A stretch of 64,000 bases of DNA, from positions 5,504 to 69,503 of the forward strand of contig CANQWG010000003.1 of the NCBI GenBank assembly GCA_947627505.1, written 5' to 3'. The translations under genes and the position numbers were made by a program. Positions 52,257 to 62,738 of the stretch are shown here, piece by piece. The DNA comes from an uncultured Bacilli bacterium (lineage in GTDB: Bacteria; Bacillota_I; Bacilli_A; RFN20; CAG-449). Every line of letters starts with the position of its first letter. Within the stretch, counting starts at the first letter, position 1. Under the pieces are notes generated by a model that made no database searches, was not told the origin of the DNA, and saw nothing but the letters and a program-made list of their open reading frames with translations.

Positions 52257-52973
52257 TCAAACATTTTTTGCGGTTATTATTTTGTGTTTAAGATATTCAA
52301 TTATGTCATCATAATAATATGCAATTACCATAAAAATCATCGACACAATGGTGACTAATGAATAAAATATCCGTGCACCTTCTTGATGATAAAGTACGAA
52401 AAGTTCAATATTTTGAAGATTAGTTAAAATTATATTTATCACCAATTGGAACTTATGGAGTAAAAGACTCACCAGATTGTAAGTGTAAACGACAAGCGGC
52501 ATTAATAAAGCGATAACTTGCCACAATGTTTGTAAGGACACTTTATCTTCAGCAAGCGAAATAAAAATATTATGTTCCATTCCAGAAAACACTAAATCTA
52601 AGGTTAAAAACGCATTGCTCTCTTCTGAAGCATCGATAAAAATCATCATAACTACAATAAATACTTGAAGCAATAAAGAAATTATGGCAATCATTACTGA
52701 ACTTTTCCGTTTCGGTCTTACTATCGGTTCGTCGATTAAATCATTGATTTCAACGCCGAATATCTTGGCTATCAAAGGAAGCATATCTTTTTCAATTTCA
52801 AGTTCGCCATTTTCCCATTTGGAGATCGTTTTGTTCGTCACTCCTAATTGTTCACCTAACTCTTCTTGAGTTAAATCGCGTTCAATTCGGTATTGTTCTA
52901 TTTTAAGACCGACATGAGATAAAGAGATGTCATTTAAATTCTCTTGTTGCGGCGATGGCTTTTTTCCATCCAT
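52257..52973 (-). CDS. XRE-family HTH regulator fused to transmembrane domain
   Basis: HTH_XRE (LTQEELGEQLGVTNKTISKWENG) followed by 4-5 TM helices; 5' end overlaps glpK 3' end by ~40 nt. Confidence 0.65.
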   Translation of the reverse strand: MDGKKPSPQQENLNDISLSHVGLKIEQYRIERDLTQEELGEQLGVTNKTISKWENGELEIEKDMLPLIAKIFGVEINDLIDEPIVRPKRKSSVMIAIISLLLQVFIVVMMIFIDASEESNAFLTLDLVFSGMEHNIFISLAEDKVSLQTLWQVIALLMPLVVYTYNLVSLLLHKFQLVINIILTNLQNIELFVLYHQEGARIFYSLVTIVSMIFMVIAYYYDDIIEYLKHKIITAKNV

Positions 52974-54426
52974 AATATAAATCATCTCGTCTTTCTTGAG
53001 TTAAATGTGGCATAAAAACACGTTCGATGCGATGCGCGGTCTGAAGCTCTTCTTTATTTTTCCATAATCCAATGGCAAGTCCCGCCAAATAGGCAGCTCC
53101 TAACGCAGTAGTTTCAAGACATTCAGGACGCACTACTTTACAATCTAATATATCAGATTGAAATTGCATCAAATAATTATTGCTGCTAGCGCCGCCATCA
53201 ACCGCTAAAGAAGCGATTGGTATCTTGGAATCCTCTTTCATAACTTCCATAACATCTTTGCTTTGATAGGCGATCGATTCAATCGTAGCATTAATGAAAT
53301 GTTCCCGCTTGGTGCCTCTAGTTAATCCAAATACCGCTCCTCGAGCATCATTATCCCAATATGGCGTCCCTAAGCCGACAAAAGCTGGTACAACATAAAC
53401 ACCATCGCTACCATCGACTAATTGACTTGCCAATTCACAATCGCTCGATTTTTCAAAAAAGCGCATTCCGTCACGCAACCATTGAACAGCCGAACCACCG
53501 ATGAAGACCGATCCTTCCAATGCATATTCGACTTTACCATCAATACACCAAGAAATCGTCGATAATAAACCATTTTGAGAATCTACGATTTTATCTTTTG
53601 TATTCATTAACATAAAACATCCGGTACCGTAAGTATTTTTTACATCGCCTTTTTCAAAACAAAGTTGTCCAAAAAGCGACGCTTGTTGATCACCGATAAG
53701 GCTGCAAAGTGGAATTTCAAGGCTTTTATCGATCTTTTGTAAGGCGCTAGCGATTCCGTAATTTTTCGATGAATCACACACTTGAGGCAACATTTCTCTA
53801 GGAATATTAAATAAATTCATTAATTCTTCATCCCACTCTAAAGTGTGAATATTAAAAAGTAATGTTCGTGACGCGTTAGAATAATCGGTAATATGAAGTT
53901 TTCCTTCACTCAAGCGATAAGCTAAATATGTATCAACCGTACCAAACATCAACTCTCCCTTTTTCGCGCGTTCTTGGGCACCTTTAACGTGATCTAAAAT
54001 ATAACGGATTTTCGTAGCGCTAAAATACGGATTAATCAATAATCCGGTCTTTGCTTTAATTTTATTTTGATATCCGTCGACGATCATCTTTTCACAAATA
54101 TCTTTTGATTGCCGCGATTGCCAAACGATCGCATTGTAAATCGGCTCTCCGGTTTTCTTATCCCAAACGATGGTTGTTTCCCGTTGATTAGTAATGCCAA
54201 GAGCCATAATTTGTCCATGCAGTGGCTTTAATGCATTAATCACTGACTTTAAAGCTTCAAATACTGTTTCATATATCTCTTTAGCATCTTGTTCTACCCA
54301 ACCGCTTTGAGGAGTGGTAATCGTCACTTCGATTTGTTCTTTAGCGACGATATTGCCCTTTTTGTCAAATGCAATTACGCGGCTCGACGTTGTTCCTTGA
54401 TCAATGGCGATAATGTATTTTTCCAT
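52930..54426 (-). CDS. glpK: glycerol kinase
   Basis: YIIAIDQGTTSSR, FGTVDTYL, 498 aa. Confidence 0.95.
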   Translation of the reverse strand: MEKYIIAIDQGTTSSRVIAFDKKGNIVAKEQIEVTITTPQSGWVEQDAKEIYETVFEALKSVINALKPLHGQIMALGITNQRETTIVWDKKTGEPIYNAIVWQSRQSKDICEKMIVDGYQNKIKAKTGLLINPYFSATKIRYILDHVKGAQERAKKGELMFGTVDTYLAYRLSEGKLHITDYSNASRTLLFNIHTLEWDEELMNLFNIPREMLPQVCDSSKNYGIASALQKIDKSLEIPLCSLIGDQQASLFGQLCFEKGDVKNTYGTGCFMLMNTKDKIVDSQNGLLSTISWCIDGKVEYALEGSVFIGGSAVQWLRDGMRFFEKSSDCELASQLVDGSDGVYVVPAFVGLGTPYWDNDARGAVFGLTRGTKREHFINATIESIAYQSKDVMEVMKEDSKIPIASLAVDGGASSNNYLMQFQSDILDCKVVRPECLETTALGAAYLAGLAIGLWKNKEELQTAHRIERVFMPHLTQERRDDLYYGWKKAIAATREFK

Positions 54427-54590
54427 ATAATTGTCCTCATTCTCATTTTATTAATTCCTATTATAAGCGTAAAAATGAAAAAAAGAAATTACATAGAATA
54501 ACTATTGTAATTAAGAATAGAGTACATTCTTTTTGATTAACTAAATTAAATATATTACAAGGTAACTTGATTTATTAAATAGAAATTATA

Positions 54591-55382
54591 TTAGGCTTGT
54601 TTTCTTTTAATAATTTCTTGAGCAAAATTTTTAATGACAACCACGGAATTATCAGGAACACTTTCAAGAATATAAGTGTTAGCGCCGATTATAACATTAT
54701 TGCCGATTGTTGTCTTGCCACCTAAAATCGAAGCATTGGCGTATATAGTCACATTATTTCCGATTGTGGGATGCCTTTTTATTCCCTTTAATTGTTGACC
54801 GCGACTTAAAGATAAGGCTCCTAAAGTCGTTCCTTGATAAAGTTTTACATAATTGCCGATAATCGTCGTTTCACCGATGACGATTCCGGTTCCGTGATCG
54901 ATAAAAAAAGATTCACCGATTTGGGCTCGCGGATGAATGTCAATCCCGGTTTTTGAATGGATTATTTCACTCATCATTCGCGGAATATAAGGTAACCCTA
55001 AATCATCTAATTCATGAGCGATACGATATACCATAATCGCCACCAATCCCGGTGACGTAAATATTGCTTCATCGATATCGTTAAGTGACGGATCATTATT
55101 AAATATAGCTTGTAAATCCATTTTAAGCATAGAAACAATTTTATCATATCTATTAAAAAATGCAGTTATTAAGCTACTAGAATCTATCTTTAATGATGAA
55201 GAAATATTTATAGCGGCAATCAATGCTTTCAAGTTGTCGGTTACCATTTCAAATAGTTTTTGTGAATCAATTTCCGCGAAAAAATATCCCGGAAAAAGCA
55301 GCGCTTGAAAATGATCGATAAGCTCTTCGACCTTATCTTTACAGATGCAATTAGGATAAGGGCGTTTAAGAACGAAATTCAC
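54591..55382 (-). CDS. cysE: serine O-acetyltransferase
   Basis: SATase N-terminal domain plus hexapeptide-repeat left-handed beta-helix (IGNNVIIGANT); immediately after cysK. Confidence 0.85.
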   Translation of the reverse strand: MNFVLKRPYPNCICKDKVEELIDHFQALLFPGYFFAEIDSQKLFEMVTDNLKALIAAINISSSLKIDSSSLITAFFNRYDKIVSMLKMDLQAIFNNDPSLNDIDEAIFTSPGLVAIMVYRIAHELDDLGLPYIPRMMSEIIHSKTGIDIHPRAQIGESFFIDHGTGIVIGETTIIGNYVKLYQGTTLGALSLSRGQQLKGIKRHPTIGNNVTIYANASILGGKTTIGNNVIIGANTYILESVPDNSVVVIKNFAQEIIKRKQA

Positions 55383-55383
55383 C

Positions 55384-56295
55384 TTAATCTCCTACGATTT
55401 GATTCGACAAATATCGTTCGCCACCATCAGGAAATATCGTAACGATATTTAATCCTTGATTTTCTTTTCTTCTTGCGATTTTTAATGAGGCGGCATAGGC
55501 TGCTCCTGAAGAAATTCCGACAAATAATCCGTGATTAATCGCTAAGTATCTCGCACTTTCTAGCGCTTCTTCATCTGTAATGTCGATTACTTCATTTAAT
55601 AGGCTTAAATCTAATATTTTAGGAATAAATCCGGCTCCGATTCCTTGAATTTTATGAGGACCGGCTTTTCCCTCGGCATTAAGCACATTTGAATTAGCCG
55701 GTTCAACACCGATGATTTTAATTTGAGGATTCCTTTCTTTAAGATATTTTCCAACACCGCTTATCGTTCCGCCGGTACCGATTCCACAAACTAAGATATC
55801 AACGTTACTACAGTCCCTTTCAATTTCCGGTCCGGTAGTTAAATAATGGGCTCTAACGTTAGACGGATTTTCAAATTGCGACAAAAAATAAGAATTTTTT
55901 ATCTGTTGTTGCAATTCATGAATGCGCGAAATTGAACCTCGCATTCCGTCTTTCTTATCGGTTAAAATAATCGTCGCTCCGTATGCCTTCATTAACGATC
56001 TTCGTTCTATTGACATCGAAGAAGGCATCACACAGATAAATTTCATTTTATAAATCGCGGCTATCAACGCTAATCCGATACCCGTATTTCCCGAAGTCGC
56101 TTCAAGAAGCGTCGTTTCATGGTTGATTAATCCGCTTTCAAGCGCATCGTCAATCATTTGTTTCGCAATGCGAATTTTTATCGATCCGCTAGGATTAAAC
56201 ATTTCGATTTTAGCATAAATATTGGCCTTTAAATCTGCTTCTTCCATTTTAATTAAAGGGGTATTACCGATAGTTTCAAGAATGCTATTTTTCAT
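55384..56295 (-). CDS. cysK: cysteine synthase A (O-acetylserine sulfhydrylase)
   Basis: PLP-lysine region NPSGSIKIR, glycine-rich GTGGT loop; 303 aa. Confidence 0.9.
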   Translation of the reverse strand: MKNSILETIGNTPLIKMEEADLKANIYAKIEMFNPSGSIKIRIAKQMIDDALESGLINHETTLLEATSGNTGIGLALIAAIYKMKFICVMPSSMSIERRSLMKAYGATIILTDKKDGMRGSISRIHELQQQIKNSYFLSQFENPSNVRAHYLTTGPEIERDCSNVDILVCGIGTGGTISGVGKYLKERNPQIKIIGVEPANSNVLNAEGKAGPHKIQGIGAGFIPKILDLSLLNEVIDITDEEALESARYLAINHGLFVGISSGAAYAASLKIARRKENQGLNIVTIFPDGGERYLSNQIVGD

Positions 56296-56356
56296 AAATT
56301 CCTCCTAAAATATCAGTAAAAAAATATGCTATACCTTAAATTATTATGAATAACCT

Positions 56357-56899
56357 TTAATTTAAAAATGCCATTTCAATTGCTCTTTTTACTTTTTCGA
56401 TCATTTCATCTTTCAAGGTGATTTTACCGGTGTCTTGTCCGTTCATTCGTGCGATACGCCGTTTAGAAACCGAGCGAATCGCATCTAATTTTAAAAACGA
56501 ATGCGCATTTTCATTTTTATCATTCAATCCTTCAATTATTCCTAAATCGAAAGTCAATAAAGAACCTGGAGCGTCACGACTTGAAAGCGGAATGACCACA
56601 ACATTTCCTAAATCGATGGCCCATACCAACGCATAATGACCATGTGTTTTATAGTCGCTGAGTTCCGTTCCGACGTTGATTCCAAATTCCACCCAGACTA
56701 CATCGCCACGAGAAAGATTGTCTGGTTGCGCTCCATAGCCCAATTTATTTATTGATTGATTTAAATATGCCGTTTTACGATCAAGCCAAGTAAGATACTC
56801 TAAGGCGATTTCACTATCGATATTTTGTAATTGCTTTTTTATCGACGAAAAAACCTCATCTGCCTTCGCATTTGTCTTTCTTTTCGATCGATTTAGCAT
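56357..56899 (-). CDS. MazF/PemK-fold domain protein with ~60-aa N-terminal extension
   Basis: GDVVWVEFGINVGTELSDYKTHGHYALVWAIDLGNVVVIPLSS aligns by eye to E. coli MazF GDLIWVDFDPTKGSEQAGHRPAVVLS...CVPCTT; own promoter and RBS AGGGTGA. Confidence 0.6.
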   Translation of the reverse strand: MLNRSKRKTNAKADEVFSSIKKQLQNIDSEIALEYLTWLDRKTAYLNQSINKLGYGAQPDNLSRGDVVWVEFGINVGTELSDYKTHGHYALVWAIDLGNVVVIPLSSRDAPGSLLTFDLGIIEGLNDKNENAHSFLKLDAIRSVSKRRIARMNGQDTGKITLKDEMIEKVKRAIEMAFLN

Positions 56900-56951
56900 A
56901 TATCAATCACCCTAATATTTAATATATGCAATTTTTAAAATTTGCTAAAAA

Positions 56952-58256
56952 TTATCTTATTGAAAATTCCTCTTCATCAACACCATAAAGATCATAATCG
57001 CCACTATCGACAATGCGACATTGAGCGATGTCTCCTTCTCCATAATTTTTATTAGAAGAAAAGTAGATTATACCATCGATATCATCCGGCGCATTAAAAT
57101 AACTTCTTAAAGTATAAAGATTTTTTTCCTGATCGTATCCGGTCACAATGCCTCGATGTTTTTCACCGATTCTCAGTTTATTTTTACGATTAGAAATTTG
57201 TCTTTGAAGATCCATAAGTTCCTTTTTGCGTTTGTTAGCAAGTGATTTCTTTACTTGCGGTTTCATATTAAAAGAAACTGTATCTTCTTCGCGCGAATAT
57301 GTAAAAACACCTAAATGATCGAATTGTATTTCATTAACAAATTCTTTTAATATTTTAAAATCGTCTTCGGTTTCACCCGGAAAACCGACAATCAAAGTCG
57401 TTCTTAAAATCGGATTTTTAACTTTGGTTCTGATTTTATCAAAAAGATTTTTAAGATCATCTAAATTACCGCGTCGATTCATAGATTGCAACATTTTATT
57501 AGAAGCGTGCTGTATCGGAATATCGAAATATGGTGTCAATCTTTCATTAGCCCCGATTAATTCGATAAGCGCATCATTAATTTCACTAGGATAAAGATAT
57601 AATAAACGTATGTATTCAAACGAAGTTTCCTTAAGCAAATCCTTTAATAGATTTTCAATACGATAATCAGCATATAAATCGGTTCCGTAACGAGTCGTAT
57701 CTTGTGAAATGACAACTAATTCTTTAACTCCTCGTCTTTCAAGGCTTTTTGCCTCGTTTAAAATGTCTTCTTTTTTAAAAGATTTAAAGCTACCTCGAAT
57801 AAGCGGTATCGCACAATAACTGCATCGATTGTTGCATCCTTCGGAAATTTTTAAATACGCGGTAAAAGATGGAGTCGCTAAAACACGATTTAAGCGATTC
57901 AACTCACCCTTTAACGGCAAATGGCGATAATTTGAAAGTAATTCAATAAAATGAGCATAGTCTCTTATTGGAATAAAAAGATCAACTTCAGGCAATTCTT
58001 TTTTTAGATCATTAAGATAACGTTCAACCAGACAACCGGTAACCACTAAAAATTTATGATATGCACTCATTTCAAGAATGGTTTCGATCGATTCTTCTTT
58101 ACTATCTTTAATAAAACCGCATGTGTTAACGATAATGATATCTGCTTCTTCCGGAGAGGAAGTTATTTCAAGACCATTTTCTTTCATGAGTCCCATCATC
58201 ATTTCCGAATCAACGAGATTTTTAGCGCATCCTAAACTAACTAAACCAACTTTCAT
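56952..58256 (-). CDS. rimO: ribosomal protein S12 methylthiotransferase RimO (MiaB-family radical SAM)
   Basis: N-terminal VGLVSLGCAKNLVDSE (RimO-type MTTase domain), radical SAM CNNRCSYC, C-terminal TRAM domain. Confidence 0.85.
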   Translation of the reverse strand: MKVGLVSLGCAKNLVDSEMMMGLMKENGLEITSSPEEADIIIVNTCGFIKDSKEESIETILEMSAYHKFLVVTGCLVERYLNDLKKELPEVDLFIPIRDYAHFIELLSNYRHLPLKGELNRLNRVLATPSFTAYLKISEGCNNRCSYCAIPLIRGSFKSFKKEDILNEAKSLERRGVKELVVISQDTTRYGTDLYADYRIENLLKDLLKETSFEYIRLLYLYPSEINDALIELIGANERLTPYFDIPIQHASNKMLQSMNRRGNLDDLKNLFDKIRTKVKNPILRTTLIVGFPGETEDDFKILKEFVNEIQFDHLGVFTYSREEDTVSFNMKPQVKKSLANKRKKELMDLQRQISNRKNKLRIGEKHRGIVTGYDQEKNLYTLRSYFNAPDDIDGIIYFSSNKNYGEGDIAQCRIVDSGDYDLYGVDEEEFSIR

Positions 58257-58302
58257 AATTCAACCTCGCATTTAATTATAATTATTTATTTAAGTTAAGC
58301 AA

Positions 58303-58331
58303 GAAAAAAGTCGAAGCATTACGCTCCGACT
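58303..58331 (-). terminator. rho-independent terminator
   Basis: Minus strand GUCGGAGCguaauGCUUCGAC hairpin followed by U6. Confidence 0.7.
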
Positions 58332-58348
58332 TTTGTTTAGTTTTTTCT

Positions 58349-58627
58349 CTAGAAGAATGCGGAAATACCACCAACAAGGGCAAGTGCAACGCAGACCCAA
58401 TAAATAATTAACCAAACATTTTTATTTTTCTTGAAGAATTCTAGATTTAAGGCGCCGTATGCTGTAACAATCAAGCAGATTGAAATCAAAAGATCAGCAA
58501 TCTTTTTTAAGACATCGAGGAAACCCCATGTTACGCCAAAAGCTCCTAATAAGGTAATCACTCCAAATAGAAATAATGCAACAAAAGAAGCGATTCCAAA
58601 AACTAGATTAAATGTTGATTTTTTCAT
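58349..58627 (-). CDS. small membrane protein (3 TM)
   Basis: 92-aa hydrophobic ORF; RBS GGAGG upstream. Confidence 0.5.
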   Translation of the reverse strand: MKKSTFNLVFGIASFVALFLFGVITLLGAFGVTWGFLDVLKKIADLLISICLIVTAYGALNLEFFKKNKNVWLIIYWVCVALALVGGISAFF

Positions 58628-58744
58628 TTTCCTTACCTCCGATAAATATTATAATTTATCGCAATTATTTTTTCTATAATAATGTTTAATTTTTTAACAA
58701 TTGAAATACCGAATTTGATTGTTATAATTTATTTGGATAAACAT

Positions 58745-61075
58745 ATGTTAAAATTACTTTGGATTTGTTTTTTATTAAGTTTCATTCCGACAAATTGTCG
58801 AGAACTTGATGCTAGCTTTGTGCAAGCAAAACCGGCAGAATTTTCATATGAACTAAGTGTCGAAGAAGAACCTCTTTACTCTCTTCAAGCAAATTTTAAT
58901 TTTTTAAATCTCGACGATACTTTATCTAATTATCGCGGTGAAAATGTAAAAATCGCGGTCATTGATTCGGGTCTTGATATCGATCATCAAGAATTCAAGG
59001 ATTCTAATGGCAACTTGGTTAATATCTCTTATGATTCTGCTTATGTCAAACGCAATGTGAATACTGGCGTAATAAGTTTTCAAACGATAACCGACTACGG
59101 ATTTTCTATAATCGACGATGACAATACTCAATATAATAGTCACGGAACCGCGGTATGCGGTGTGATCGCTTCTAGAGTAAATAAAGTAGGCATTACCGGA
59201 ATTGCTCCTGAAGTTGAATTGATGGTATTAAAGACCGAATATTACATCGATCAATTAAAAGAAGGTATTATTTATGCCGTTGACCATGGTGCTAAGATTA
59301 TTAATTTATCTTGCGTCATTTATAAATCTTCTTATAGTGCCATCGACTCATACTTCACTTCGGCAATCAATTACGCTAAAAACAAAGGAGTGATTATCGT
59401 AGCCGCTGCCGGCAACGATTCTAAAACCGAAAAAGCCTATCCGGCAGCATATTCCGATGTAATTGGTGTTGGAGCGTTAGCTGATGGAAGCGGTAATTTA
59501 TTAGCCTCTTATTCAAATTATGGTATCGATAATACCACTCTAGTTGCTCCGGGAACTTTTTATTTACCTAAAAATAATGCTCCCGATTATTATACCAAAG
59601 TCAGTGGAACTTCTTTCGCTTGTCCTGCCGTAGCCGCAGCGATCGCTCTTTTTGAATCCAAATTTCCGGACGCGACGCGCGAACAAGTAATCGAAAAACT
59701 TTTAAAATCTAGCGACGATTTAGGCGATAATCAAAAATTCGGAAACGGGCGCCTTAATATTTCACGTTACTTAGATCAATACCCTGTTACCGGTGTGCAG
59801 CTTAGTGAACATGAATTGAATTTGGAAGTTGGCGAACAATACATTTTGGAAGCGACTGTTTTTCCTCTAAATGCCTCTAATCAAGAAAAACTTTTTATTT
59901 CAGATGACGAAAATATCGTCACTATCGATGAGCTTACCGGGGAAATTGAAGCCTTAAGCGTCGGAAATACCGATGTTGGAGTAATAACTGACGATGGCTC
60001 TTTTATTGACCAATGTAAGATTAATGTCGTTCCTAAAGTGATTGTCACCGAGGTTGAATCTATCACATTAAATCCCGATTCTTTAATTCTTAAAATTGGT
60101 CAAAAATTACAATTGATTGCCACAATTTTGCCTGAAAACGCAACTAACAAAGAAATTTTTTGGAGTTCTTCCGATTCTAATGTCGCCACTATCGATTCCA
60201 ATGGCACCATAACCGCGTTAAAGGAAGGCAATGCTACTTTAACCGCTACTACTAGTAATAATAAAAAAGATTTTTGTAGTCTTACTGTGCCAAAGTTAGA
60301 AACACCGCAACTCATAATCGACGATTCAAACTTCGATTATAAAATTCCTTTTAAAAATCATCTTGATGCTTCTTCATTAAATATTTTCTATCGAGATCAA
60401 TATGGGAAACAAAGATTATTAAGTTCTCAAGAAGTAACTTTTACCTATGATGCTTCTCGCTTGGGTATACAAAATTTAACGATAGCCTACCTAGACTTAA
60501 GTAAAACTTTAGAAATATTTGTAACAAATAAAGGCGCTATCGAATATGATGGCACCACTAATTTTTTCACTCCTAGTCAACAAGCTGAAGCTTATAGTCT
60601 TTTTTTTATATCGACAACTGAATTAGGTACGTTCGATTCAGACGCTTGGGCGATGTTGCACGAGGAATTCGATTTTATGATTCCAGCAAGTCAAGAGCTT
60701 CTTTTACGCGAAGACTTAAATTCTTTTAAATCACGATATCGTAAATATGTGGCTCTTGGATACTTAGATTTTATCGACGAAGAATTATTTGAAAATTCCT
60801 CATCAGATGATACTTCATCGAATTCTAGTTTTGATTCTGAAAACATAGAAACTTCTTCAGACTTAACTAGTGCTACCGATTCATCTCTATCTTCATCAAG
60901 CGAAACTTCCACTTCATTTAATAATTTCCAAAATACTAGTGAAAGTAATCCTCAAAATTCAACAACTGATCCGCATAATAAAAATTCTTTTTCGTTATAT
61001 ATAATTCTGTTAAGTGTTGGAACTTTATCGCTTCTTGTTTTATCTTTAGTTCTTTTCATTAAAAAGAAAAAATAA
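58745..61075 (+). CDS. S8 subtilisin-like serine protease with two Big_2 domains and C-terminal TM anchor
   Basis: Catalytic triad motifs VIDSGLDIDH, HGTAVCGVIAS, GTSFACPAVAAAIAL; two Ig-like Big_2 segments; Ser/Thr-rich stalk; C-terminal TM followed by KKKK; signal peptide from MLKLLW. Confidence 0.85.
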   Translation: MLKLLWICFLLSFIPTNCRELDASFVQAKPAEFSYELSVEEEPLYSLQANFNFLNLDDTLSNYRGENVKIAVIDSGLDIDHQEFKDSNGNLVNISYDSAYVKRNVNTGVISFQTITDYGFSIIDDDNTQYNSHGTAVCGVIASRVNKVGITGIAPEVELMVLKTEYYIDQLKEGIIYAVDHGAKIINLSCVIYKSSYSAIDSYFTSAINYAKNKGVIIVAAAGNDSKTEKAYPAAYSDVIGVGALADGSGNLLASYSNYGIDNTTLVAPGTFYLPKNNAPDYYTKVSGTSFACPAVAAAIALFESKFPDATREQVIEKLLKSSDDLGDNQKFGNGRLNISRYLDQYPVTGVQLSEHELNLEVGEQYILEATVFPLNASNQEKLFISDDENIVTIDELTGEIEALSVGNTDVGVITDDGSFIDQCKINVVPKVIVTEVESITLNPDSLILKIGQKLQLIATILPENATNKEIFWSSSDSNVATIDSNGTITALKEGNATLTATTSNNKKDFCSLTVPKLETPQLIIDDSNFDYKIPFKNHLDASSLNIFYRDQYGKQRLLSSQEVTFTYDASRLGIQNLTIAYLDLSKTLEIFVTNKGAIEYDGTTNFFTPSQQAEAYSLFFISTTELGTFDSDAWAMLHEEFDFMIPASQELLLREDLNSFKSRYRKYVALGYLDFIDEELFENSSSDDTSSNSSFDSENIETSSDLTSATDSSLSSSSETSTSFNNFQNTSESNPQNSTTDPHNKNSFSLYIILLSVGTLSLLVLSLVLFIKKKK

Positions 61076-61081
61076 AGCCGA

Positions 61082-61648
61082 CTATTTGGCTTTATCGATC
61101 ATTTCTTTGGCCATCAACAACACCGGCAATTCTCTTTGTTGAATTAGTTTTGCTACTTTTCCTATCATCGCGTTTTGATATAAATCGATCGCTTTATCTA
61201 AAGATACCCAAACCATGCCTTTAATAAAAGTTTTCTCTTCCGGAAGAAGATTATTTTGATGCAATGATTTTAAGCGGCAGAGATAGTAATAAGAAATCGT
61301 CTTCCGTTTTATCAAATTATAATAATCTTCGGTAACCAATAAAGGTGCAATAATTTCTACTTCGGCCCCGATTTCTTCGTTTAACTCACGTTTTAAAGCT
61401 TCTTCTTTAGTTTCATTTTTTTCAATGCCACCACCCGGAGTTTCATAATGGTCGCGATGTCCGAAAATATCATCACAATAAATTTTCAGAAGCGGTATTT
61501 CATTTTTTTCGTTAAGCACGATTCCCCTTGCAACTTCCCTTACGTGATCAAAACCATGATTAGGATAAAGATTATCTTCAAAACATAAAGTTGTTTTAAA
61601 CATTTTTCTTTTGCCCTTTAAAATAGATTTCTTCAATAATGCCACCAC
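61082..61648 (-). CDS. NUDIX hydrolase
   Basis: Nudix box GGGIEKNETKEEALKRELNEEIG; real start possibly at M16 (61603). Confidence 0.8.
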   Translation of the reverse strand: MVALLKKSILKGKRKMFKTTLCFEDNLYPNHGFDHVREVARGIVLNEKNEIPLLKIYCDDIFGHRDHYETPGGGIEKNETKEEALKRELNEEIGAEVEIIAPLLVTEDYYNLIKRKTISYYYLCRLKSLHQNNLLPEEKTFIKGMVWVSLDKAIDLYQNAMIGKVAKLIQQRELPVLLMAKEMIDKAK

Positions 61649-62738
61649 CTAAAAGGCGATCATTGTCATAAAACACCGCGGCTTGTCCGGGTGTTACCGC
61701 TTTATATGGTGCATCGTAAATCACTTCAATCGTCTCTTCGTCGATATAATTGATCGTCACCGGAAGATCTTTTTGACGATAACGGAATTTACAACCAACG
61801 TGAAGACTTTTAAAAGGCTCTCCTATCCAATTGATGCTTTTAACGATGGCTCGATCCGAAAGAAGATATTCGTTTTCTTCGCCTTGGGCCACATAAAGGA
61901 TGTTATTTTTAACATTCTTAGCCACAACAAACCACGAATCGGTCGTGCGATTTTTTAATCCTCCGATTCCTAATCCGCGGCGCTGCCCTAAAGTATAATA
62001 AAGGACTCCATCGTGGTGTCCTACCACTTCTTGCGTTACAATGTCAACAATATCACCGGGCTTAGCAGGAAGATAATTATTTAAAAATAATTTAAAATTT
62101 CGTTCTCCGATAAAACAAACCCCCGTGCTGTCCTTTTTATCAGCGATCGACAAATCCAACTGATGCGCGATTTTTCTGACTTCGGTTTTATCGATTTTTC
62201 CTAACGGAAATAAACAATAAGACAATTGTTTCTCACTCACTTGGGAAAGGAAGTAAGTTTGATCTTTATTTTGATCAAACGCTTTATGAAGCTCCACTCG
62301 TCCGTTTGAACGATCGACGCGATAAGCATAGTGACCGGTGGCGATTAAATCGAAACCTTCTTTTAAAGCAAATTTTAAAAACGCATCAAATTTAATATAT
62401 TTATTGCAAAAGATATCGGGGTTAGGAGTTCTACCTTTCCGATATTCATCGAGAAAATATGAAAAAACCTCATCCCAATACTCTTTGATAAAGTCGATGC
62501 GATAAAGATGAATTCCAAGCTTATCAGCGACCGCTTCAGCATCCTTATAATCGGCTTCTTGAGGGCACATTGAATCGTTGATTGTCGGATTACCGAGATA
62601 ATCATTGTTGGCAAATGCATCCCAGTTTCGCATAAAAGCCGCCGAAACATCATAGCCTTGCTCTTTTAAAAGATAAGCGGCTATCGCGGAATCAACTCCT
62701 CCAGAAAGCCCAACGAGCACTTTAATCTTCTTTTCCAT
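61596..62738 (-). CDS. mnmA: tRNA-specific 2-thiouridylase MnmA
   Basis: PP-loop VGLSGGVDS, 380 aa; ATG with RBS GAGGA; ATGA overlap with dtd stop. Confidence 0.92.
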   Translation of the reverse strand: MEKKIKVLVGLSGGVDSAIAAYLLKEQGYDVSAAFMRNWDAFANNDYLGNPTINDSMCPQEADYKDAEAVADKLGIHLYRIDFIKEYWDEVFSYFLDEYRKGRTPNPDIFCNKYIKFDAFLKFALKEGFDLIATGHYAYRVDRSNGRVELHKAFDQNKDQTYFLSQVSEKQLSYCLFPLGKIDKTEVRKIAHQLDLSIADKKDSTGVCFIGERNFKLFLNNYLPAKPGDIVDIVTQEVVGHHDGVLYYTLGQRRGLGIGGLKNRTTDSWFVVAKNVKNNILYVAQGEENEYLLSDRAIVKSINWIGEPFKSLHVGCKFRYRQKDLPVTINYIDEETIEVIYDAPYKAVTPGQAAVFYDNDRLLGGGIIEEIYFKGQKKNV

